Shown here one piece after another: positions 55,419 through 64,000 of a stretch of DNA of 64,000 nt. Under the pieces are notes generated by a model that was not told where the DNA came from, made no database searches, and saw only the letters and a list, made by a program, of their open reading frames with translations. This stretch comes from Octopus sinensis. Taxonomy: Eukaryota. The position numbers were made by a program, and so were the translations under genes. The stretch covers positions 69,626,001-69,690,000 of the forward strand of contig NC_043000.1 of the NCBI RefSeq assembly GCF_006345805.1. The letters are read 5' to 3'. Position 1 is the stretch's first letter. Each line of letters starts with the position of its first letter.

Positions 55419-55663
55419 TATAATATTATATAATATATATATATATAATATAAATATATATATATATATATATATAATATATATCTAGTTACAAATTGAG
55501 ATAGGGGTTGTAAATGCAACCCTCCATGGGATAACATATATCCAATATACTGCTAGTGAAGTACCCAACAAAGTTAATACATAATGTTAAGAATTGCCAA
55601 TGCAATTAATTCATTTACTGTATTATATGGGCAAAGGTAAAAGGTTTTTTTACACAATTAATA

Positions 55664-55871
55664 ATACAAAATAAGAAAATGGAGAAATACATCTAAATCA
55701 AATATCAACTACCAGATAATACCCAATCACATACTTTATTAAACCACTACATAAGAAACTTTAAGGTCAAACGACCTTAATGTTCATATGTAGTGGTCTA
55801 ATAAAGTATGTGATTGGGTATTATCTGGTAGTTGATATTTGATTTAGATGTATTTCTCCATTTTCTTATTT

Positions 55872-55876
<5 letters not shown>
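55664..55876. repeat. Fold-back palindrome of about 210 bp in intron 3 of gene B
   Basis: ATACAAAATAAGAAAATGGAGAAATAC..TTAAGGTC-aaac-GACCTTAA..GTATTTCTCCATTTTCTTATTTTGTAT. The outer 77 bp or so pair perfectly. Confidence 0.92.
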
Positions 55877-55909
<33 letters not shown>

Positions 55910-55912
<3 letters not shown>

Positions 55913-56105
55913 CGGGAAGGTTTACGAAAATAAACAAAAGACGAAGGCAGGTGGAGTACAAACGAACAAAGTATTAGTATGGCGCTCAGGAATAGAAATA
56001 AAACAAGTCTTTTACGTTTCGAACCTACGCTCTTCGACAGAAAGATACACAGAAAAGAAACAAGGAGAGAAAAAAATTGCGTGTAGGGGCTAACGATCCA
56101 ACATG
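55910..56105 (-). repeat. Penelope-terminus-derived short repeat; another copy lies at about 29775-29910 on the plus strand
   Basis: Shared (CTGTC)GAAGAGCGTAGG(C/T)TCGAAACGT.AAAGACTT, a hammerhead-like layout with an altered CUGANGA box. Confidence 0.6.
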
Positions 56106-56161
56106 ACACATACATATATATACATATACATACATACATATATATATATATAATATATATA

Positions 56162-56209
<48 letters not shown>

Positions 56210-56896
56210 TATACACAGAAATTGATATTAATGCTGTGTGTCATCGTCGAGTAGATTCTAAAAGGATCATGTAAGAGTCAGTTGGTCTTCTAGTACTATA
56301 TTTATACGTGTTTTAACCGGAGTCAGCCCTTTGTAAAAGGTATTCTGGTCATGACCATCCATTCTTTTCAATCATCCAACATATTCTTCCATTTAGAAAA
56401 CAAATGGGGCGTTATGTGGCTGTTATTACTTGCATATTGGTCAACTACATAGAGGTTTGTTTTAACTTAACCTAGAAGAACCTATCCCATCGCTGGTTGT
56501 ATTTATAAGACGGGGTAAACATTCGTTAAAATTAGCATTTCCGATTTTTCAGGTATTTCTTTTAATGTCTGACTCTTTAAGCGTTATGTATTCCATCCTT
56601 TTTCTTTTCCAAATATATAACTTATTTAACTTTTCCATTATGTAACTTAATTTCACAATTAAACATTTAATATATAGTATCTCCCAAAACACAGCTCCTG
56701 CGTTACATATATAAGATGACTTTTTTATGTAATTGACTGTGTTTATCGTTTATAATTAAGTATTACTCAATCATTGTTTATGACAGAATTTCCAAGAAGA
56801 AGAGAAAAACTATTCAGAATGTATTGTAAGATTCTAGCATGCATTATTGTCTTTTAATTTCCCTTTCATAATGATTTTGCTATTCCTTCTTGACAG

Positions 56897-56932
56897 ATAT
56901 ACCGATATTACCAACAGCCAGTATGTCCACAG
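56897..56932 (+). CDS. VWA gene B exon 4 (36-nt linker micro-exon, DIPILPTASMST-)
   Basis: Polypyrimidine-GACAG| acceptor and CAG|GTACGT donor, phase 1 to 1. Its start resembles DITTLPPT of gene A. Confidence 0.72.
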
Positions 56933-57144
56933 GTACGTTCATCAACGATTTTAATCTTTTATATGTGTAGGAGAAAGGAGTGAGGATTGTGATATATGTC
57001 AAGAGCTATTAGCATAAACGAATTGAAATGGATTCAGCTGTGATTTGAAAGAATGCTATCGTCGGTTTTCAACAGCTTAACTCTTGTCGACTGATGTTTA
57101 CTTCAATTCTGATATAAAAGTATTTTCTTTGTCAGGAATTTATG

Positions 57145-57410
57145 CAGTAAAGATTGTTTGCCAACATAACATGGCAGTCCTGATTTAGAATCAACGTTGC
57201 TGTAATTTAGCCCCATGAGACATCGTCTCCAGCTGGCTATACGACACGATCTGTGTCCTTATATTTTCGAACAAGGGAATCTAGCACCCCTACTCAGCTC
57301 AAAACAAAACCTGTGTATCGTGATTTATGGGTTATTTATCTTCATCAGCACAAAATAATTGTTCGGCAGAATAATTGTTCTGTGCTGATGAAGAAAAATA
57401 ACCCAGAAAT
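57145..57410 (-). repeat. Second copy of the 26480-26699 hammerhead-containing repeat, ending in a local fold-back (57323-57410)
   Basis: Reverse-complement match to 26500-26699. The minus strand reads GTG-CTGATGA-agataaataaccca-TAAA-TCACGA-TA-CAC, and the motif is partly duplicated in inverted orientation at 57381-57410. Confidence 0.72.
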
Positions 57411-57959
57411 GACCTTAAAAAGTTTAGAAAGAGTTGCCTGTACATATGTTAATTAGGATTTGAAGAAGAAAATTGGATTGTCTACGAGATAGAAGTTTAA
57501 TCAAATTCAGTATGGTGTATTTCACTTTTTCTACAGGAAACTATAGTTATTATCTGACACTGGTAGGCTCTTTAGACATTTTGAAGACATTATATGGAAG
57601 ACATTATATGGAAGACATTATATTGCAGTATAATTGAAAATATACATAGTTAAAAGAAAATGTATTACCAGTGTCTGAAAATCTATACACTGCAATGCTA
57701 TTGCATTTCATTTTAAAGGAATGCAACTAATGAAGATTGAAACAGGAGACTGAGAAATAGTTGTTCCAGTAGTCAATACAATGTGATCCCAAATGAACTT
57801 CAATACCAAATGGTTTCCATGGCTTCAAACCTGATCAATATTAAAAACATGTACATTTATGATTAAAAACGAGCAAATGAGAAAAGAAGAAAAACAGTTT
57901 AAAACAGAGTTTTAAATATTCTTGATATAAACGTAATATTTTGTTTTATTTTCTTTCAG

Positions 57960-57998
57960 TTTCCGCAGCAACGGAGCCAATGCTAAGAGACGAAAGAA
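57960..57998 (+). CDS. VWA gene B exon 5 (39-nt linker micro-exon, VSAATEPMLRDER-)
   Basis: TTTTCTTTCAG| acceptor and GAA|GTAAGT donor, phase 1 to 1. It resembles the TTEMPPQQDQS end of gene A exon 4. Confidence 0.75.
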
Positions 57999-58138
57999 GT
58001 AAGTAGATATAACCTTGGGTACTTAAATAGTGCCATACAATGAAAGAGAAAGGTCGATGAATATATATATATATATACAGACATATAAATATATAAAAAA
58101 TCTTGCACAATAAATATTTAAACGTATATATATATATA

Positions 58139-58181
<43 letters not shown>

Positions 58182-58222
58182 TATATATATATATTATATA
58201 TATGTGTATATATATATATATG

Positions 58223-58293
<71 letters not shown>

Positions 58294-60469
58294 GTATGTA
58301 TAAAGTGATTAATAGAGAAAGAGAAAGAGGATGGAGGGATGAGAAAGAAAAGAGAAAAAAAGGGAAATGTAAACAGCCAAAATGGCAATGTTAGTAAAAA
58401 CAACATTGGTTTGAGACAGTAAGCATTAAAACTACGCATATCTACACGTGAGACTGTGTTGTTAATAATCGTTCTTAACTACGCACAATCTCTGTCGCTC
58501 CCATTCCTCACTCATACACATGTGCTCATACACATATTCAGATACAATGACTCGCGAACACATTCGCATGTGTAGTCATAAAACACATTCTTAGATAAAC
58601 AATACATATATACATAATGCACATACACAAACACATACATACACACAAACATACATACATTGTATATATTATTGTAGTAATGTAATCGTCTAAAAGTTAA
58701 CGCTATTATTCAGTCTAAAGTAATGTTGTAATCATCTCTGACATTATCACTGGTCTCCGAACGAATGTCATGCTCCATTTCATAGCTCTGGCTAGATAGC
58801 GTAGATACCAGTGTTTTTATAGAACTAACCAAATATTTAGATTGACCAAGAGTTGTCGACCTCGACCAAGAGTTATCGACCTCACTACACATGACGTTTT
58901 TTTTCTGCTCATTTGAAAACTTGTAAAAAGTAATTCTGAGAAGGAGATTATTCGCGTCCGTCAGACTGTTGGAAACAGCCAACCATTTGTTTTTGAAAAA
59001 TGAAGAGGCGGCTCATTGGATATTTTAGACCTAGATACACTGTGTGTGGTAAAAGGTGAGATGCCAAGGTCAGAAGTCCTTGATTATAAATTTGCACTAT
59101 CAGAGTTGATCTTCAACTACACAAAAGCTATTTGAAGGAGTTTATGATCTGTTAGAACTAGTAGCCAAATGTCTCTCAAATTACACCCTTCCATCTTCAG
59201 AAATTATATATTCGATACTATAATGCCAAGTACATGATGACTGCATAGGAATGCAGTAGTCATTACTGAAAAACTTCTGATCATAGATCAACTCACTTAT
59301 TCAAACGATGAGAAATTTATTGTAAAACTGTTGACCATTTAGGTCATCCCGATACTGAGATGTCGTCCTTGTGTCTTCCACTTGTATTTATTATATTCTT
59401 CTCACGGCAGGCATTCATAAATGTTATGATTTGAACAGTCCTGTATACCATATAAGACTTTATCTGACATTAGTTCTCTGCACGCTTGACTCACAGTATT
59501 CTTATCTTCCTCGGAATTTGGCATACTCACTTGAATTGTAAGAATATACTAGTAGAAATTGCACCCTTTCGAACAGAAGATATCCGATTTGAGCAAAGAT
59601 GATTTTGATTTTACAGTTCGGCTTACTCTTTCTTTCTAAGTAATTACTCATTGAGTAAAGAATTACTCACTCAGTAATCTTTTTTGTCACTAAGTTTTAA
59701 CAATCAAAAATAAGATATAGGAATGTGTTTAGATACCAAATTTGAATTGTCTGACAAGAATACTTTCATGAACAATACAACAAAGTCGCTTTCACGATGA
59801 ACTTCCGTAAAAGACAGTAAAGCTCTGTATCTTAACAAACTATATTACTCAAGTTACAACAGCTTTTTATCATCATTACCATCCCTTTGTGTTATCCGCA
59901 AATCTCTAAACCATGCAAACTTGCAATTTTCCATCTCTCATTGAAAAAGCCAAGAAAAGCTGAAAAAGCATCAATGAAACTATCTAAGTATTTATCGCTA
60001 CGTTCTGAGAGGCCGTTACTCGAAAATATGCAAACATCTACGATTATTAATCGAAGAATATAGATAATCATTACCTATTTGTAGGGGAACATATACAATA
60101 ACAACAAGCAACGTCAGCAACACACCCACCCTCTTTCTCTCTCTCTCTCTCTGATAGATATTGCCGTGTCTTGGTTGATAAGTTCCTTCCCTTAATTGTC
60201 AAAACACATATACACTAATACAATCTGATAATTCTAAGAGCAGTGAAATTACAGAAAGTTAGAATTGGTTCTTGTATTTACAGTACTGCAGTTAAGTTAG
60301 TACAAAGAAAATGATACATCACTAAAGAGATATTTTAGATTCAATAAGAAGACTTCTTGTGATATAACTTTTTTGGAATTGCTCCATAAGTGTTATTTAT
60401 TCTTTAGTTCTTTTATATAAAAAGACGTGTTGGAAAGTGGTACAGAGGATAAGAGAGTTGGTCGGAGGA

Positions 60470-61100
60470 AAGGAAGAAAGGGTGAAAGCCGTAAATGGAA
60501 ATTTGTCGAAAGGAAGTGAGGATGTACGAAGGCTGTGGGCAGAGTATTTTTTAGTGACCTGTTAAATGTGGAGGATTTTAGTGAGGCAAATAGGAGGAGA
60601 GAGGAGAGTGCCTGTTGTTGGGGAATGGAATTACGGTACAATTGGAAGAGAGGAGGTGAGGGAATCCTTGCGGAAGATGGCAAACCGGAAGACACCAGGT
60701 ATAGATGGGTGTACAGTAGAATGCCCACAGAAAAGAGGAGTGAGAGTGGTTGAATGGTTAATGGGGCTTATGAATGTTTGTTATATGGTTGGAAGAGTAC
60801 CAAAGGAGTGCTGCAGTGCCTGTATAGTGCCACTGTATAAGGGAAAATGGGATAAATGTGAGTGTGGAAATTTTAGGGGTATAAGTCTGCTGTGTGTGGT
60901 TGTTAAACTGTATGGGAGAATTCTGATTGTTAGGGTGAGGAACCAGCCAGAGAGTGTACTATGGGAGAAGAAGTACAGTTTTAGGAATGGAAGTCGGTGT
61001 ATAGATCAAATATTTATAGTAAGACATATGTGTGAGAAGTTTTTGGCAAAAAAGAGGGAAGTGTATTGGACCTATATGGACCTAGAAAAGGTATATGACC
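60470..61100 (+). mobile_element. LINE reverse transcriptase fragment (RTE/RTE-X-like)
   Basis: ORF 60566-61201 contains KTPGIDG, IVPLYKGK, NFRGISLL and YMDLEKVYD. Truncated before YADD. Confidence 0.85.
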
Positions 61101-62378
61101 GACTGCATACATTTGTAAATGATGACATAACTTACACACTCAAGAATAGCACACGTTTCACGTTCGGCTGTAGTCTTTTCTGTTGTATTCAGGGCTTATG
61201 AAAAGAACGATATAGATATCCTTCTTTGGCTTAGCTCACTTCCTAAAACATTTTTGTGCTTCTGCTTCTTTCAAGAGTGGAATAAATGTCACCAGTGCCA
61301 CATGAAAATATTCCCCGTATACATTCGGCCATTCCTTTTGGAAGCAAACATTTATTTTTATGAACATATGCTTTGCTTTTACAAACTGAAGTTTTCATAT
61401 TAGTAGAGGGACTAAAAGCCCACGAGTATTTCTTGTCCTTGCTTTCTCTATGCACAATATTTGAAAAGTCTCCTGTGGTGGTTTTAACTTGTATATGTTT
61501 CTAAACATGTGTTCTTAATTTTATATTCAAGAGTAAATAATTTCGTCTGTTTAGTATTTGTTTTTAATTCCTCTTCGTTGTTATTGTGTTCTCCATGCAT
61601 GTCACAAGGATCAGTTGTTATCGAAATACGAATATGTCTATTATACGTTTTATTCTTGAGAAAATTTCTTCACAAAATATTCAGATATAGTTATGGTATT
61701 ATTACATATAACATTGAGCTCTTTGAACTAGTAGATTCTCCCCAAAGACTCAAGTGTAATTAAATAATAGCTGTCTTGGATTAAGTAGATTTTAATGATA
61801 TTGTTTTTACATGACTCCTACAGATAAAAAGGAACGCGATTGTAAAGAAATATGTATCTAACTTTAATATTACTAAAAGAGGTTTATTTTCGACACTTGC
61901 GACAATATATTATGCCTGGCACTTGCACTATTTTGAGAACAAGTTTCAATCTTTGGCAGAAGGAACTATTTATTACATTACATTGAAGTTAAAATTAAAA
62001 TGGGTGGCATTTTCCCACGTAAAATGTTGATGTGAAGCCAGTGAAATGATAGATATATCTGGGAACCAGTATCAAATTTTGAAGTCCGAATCGATTAGAG
62101 ATTTTGTTGAAATAGAGTTGATTTAGTATTTCATGCTTGTATGACACTTCTCGGGAAAGATTGATGTAAGGATATTTTACAGTGTCAATGGTCATTTAAT
62201 TCTTAACTTCTTTCATCTTCTCTTCTCTCTGGGCGATTGTAGATATTGTATTTTGCTATGATGTACAAAGAAATAATTTAACCTAGCGAATCTGCTTATG
62301 CTGTTTATGACAGTATGAGCACACATACATATTTATATATGTAAATATGTGTGCATATGTATATAGACAGACAGACAA

Positions 62379-62433
<55 letters not shown>

Positions 62434-62434
62434 T

Positions 62435-62511
<77 letters not shown>

Positions 62512-62867
62512 AAGATTTGATTTCACGTTCTAAAATATAAGGTCAGGGGATAATGATTAAGAATCAAATACCATAGTATTTCCACGATACTATCTTACAA
62601 TAAAATGGCTGTTACGTTGCTATTTCATCTAGAGATAGCGTCGGGAAGATGAACACAAAACTGTTTTGTTTAGGAAAAACTTTAAAATAAAAGAAAATAT
62701 GATGGAAAGTATTCTATCCTCACAGATTTTTAAGATTAAATACCTGTGCATAGAACCTTTATCTCAGTATATAGATATCACTGCTGATATTAAAACTATT
62801 AAATCTTTATGCATGTTTTACTTCTGATGTTTTACCTTTTTCTAATATATAACAATTTTCTTTACAG

Positions 62868-63406
62868 ATGCTGTTTGTTTTGGTTACGATTTGTTATCGA
62901 TAGGAGCACTCCGAGGTAAAATGATCAATCAGTTCATAAGGATTCTTCTCCCGTATACTGGATATGGAGCTTTCGAAATCGTAGCACTTCCATATTGCCC
63001 ACAGACTTTCAGCATTCCACTCACCCCAATACACTCAGAAACTAAACTGAATGTAACTAACACTGCTAAAAACGTTTCTAATCTTGAAGCCGTTATCTCC
63101 AAAATGTCTCAGACGATACAATCAAAACTAGATTTAAATAATAGGAGTACTGATCATTTCAACGTTATTATTTATTTTGACTCATCTGTAAATATTATCA
63201 CACCTAATATCATTGAAGAAATCGGTAAATTGAGAAAACTTAATTGTAAAATATTTTTAGTCAATATTGGATATAATCTTATGCCACAACATCTCATATT
63301 AAAATCTTTAAATTGTCATATACTTCAAGTCCCAACATACGAAGACATGTTAATCAAGGCCAGAAATACACCATTTTATTTTAGACCATTACTAAATCTA
63401 TCTTAA
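62868..63406 (+). CDS. VWA gene B exon 6 (last): divergent VWA-like domain lacking MIDAS
   Basis: TTTTCTTTACAG| acceptor in frame. Translation NAVCFGYDLLSIG..QFIRILLPYTGYG..CPQTFSIP..IIYFDSS..LRKLNCKIFLVNIG..VPTYEDML..FRPL. The TAA overlaps AATAAA (63405-10). Confidence 0.88.
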
Positions 63407-63453
63407 TAAATATTCATAATTGATAATAATGCTATTAATATCTCATTGCTCGT

Positions 63454-63666
63454 TAAGGCAGCGAGCTGGCAGAATCGTTTGTACTCCGGGCAAAATGCTT
63501 AACGGCATCTCGTCCGTCTTTACGTTCTGACTTCAAATTGCGTCAAGGTCGACTTTACCTTTCATCCCTTCGAAGTCGATAAAATAAGTACCAATTGAGC
63601 ACTTGGGTCGATATAATCGATTTACCCCCTCCCCCCAAACTTGATGGACTTGTGTCCCAATTTGAA
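63454..63666 (+). mobile_element. tRNA-derived SINE (same family as 4111-4555)
   Basis: GGCAGCGAGCTGGCAGAATCG..CTTTCATCCCTTCGAAGTCGATAAAATAAGTACC..TTTGAAA. Confidence 0.8.
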
Positions 63667-64000
63667 ATTAATATTTCAATTTTACATACATACACCACAA
63701 AAAACACGCGCACGCATATATTGTAATTAGACGTAACATAGGCGAATCACGTGTATGTAGTTTGCATGGCGACTTCTCTACTCATTACAGCAAAAATGTT
63801 CTGCAAATTTTATCTGTCGAAATAGTATATATAAATTTTTTCTTTATTAAATTATAATTATCACTTCCTACTTAAATCATATGAAAACCACAAATAACTT
63901 CAATTCAACCATCAAAAGATACTTTACCTCAGTATTGTGTGATCTAAGGCAGCAATTTCACTGAATTTTGATGTTAATACCTTGAGACAATTCCGTGAAT

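Noticed and set aside
58843-58882. 20-bp direct repeat GACCAAGAGTT(G/A)TCGACCTC x2, and similar short duplications near 26241, 33503 and 57585
   Set aside because: These are adjacent copies without spacers, i.e. simple slippage duplications and not a CRISPR array.
61200-61500. Cys/Lys-rich short minus-strand ORF (61243-61455)
   Set aside because: No recognisable domain or exon boundaries; likely old TE debris in gene B intron 5.

Overview
AT-rich, microsatellite-dense animal genomic DNA. The SINE families and the (TA)n/(AAT)n/(ATAG)n/(CATA)n load point to an octopus (cephalopod) genome; this is an inference. By hand-splicing I reconstruct two tandem, same-strand paralogous genes. Gene A (CDS 2065-13010, 5 exons, 458 aa) and gene B (CDS 41898-63406, 6 exons, 415 aa) each encode a signal peptide, a MIDAS-intact VWA domain, a Thr/Pro linker and a divergent, MIDAS-less VWA-like domain. 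All introns are GT-AG and phase-compatible. The rest is mostly transposon debris: one Tc1, four mariners plus MITEs, a Ty3/Gypsy remnant, three Penelope-like elements, R4/Dong-like and RTE LINE fragments, and tRNA-derived SINEs. The notable non-coding signals are several hammerhead-ribozyme motifs and long fold-back palindromes. One hammerhead is an apparently intact type I motif with a U3-A8 covariation, inside a 359-bp terminally redundant, retrozyme-like unit. No CRISPR array, rRNA gene or bona fide tRNA gene was seen. Everything was read by eye; no database searches were run.
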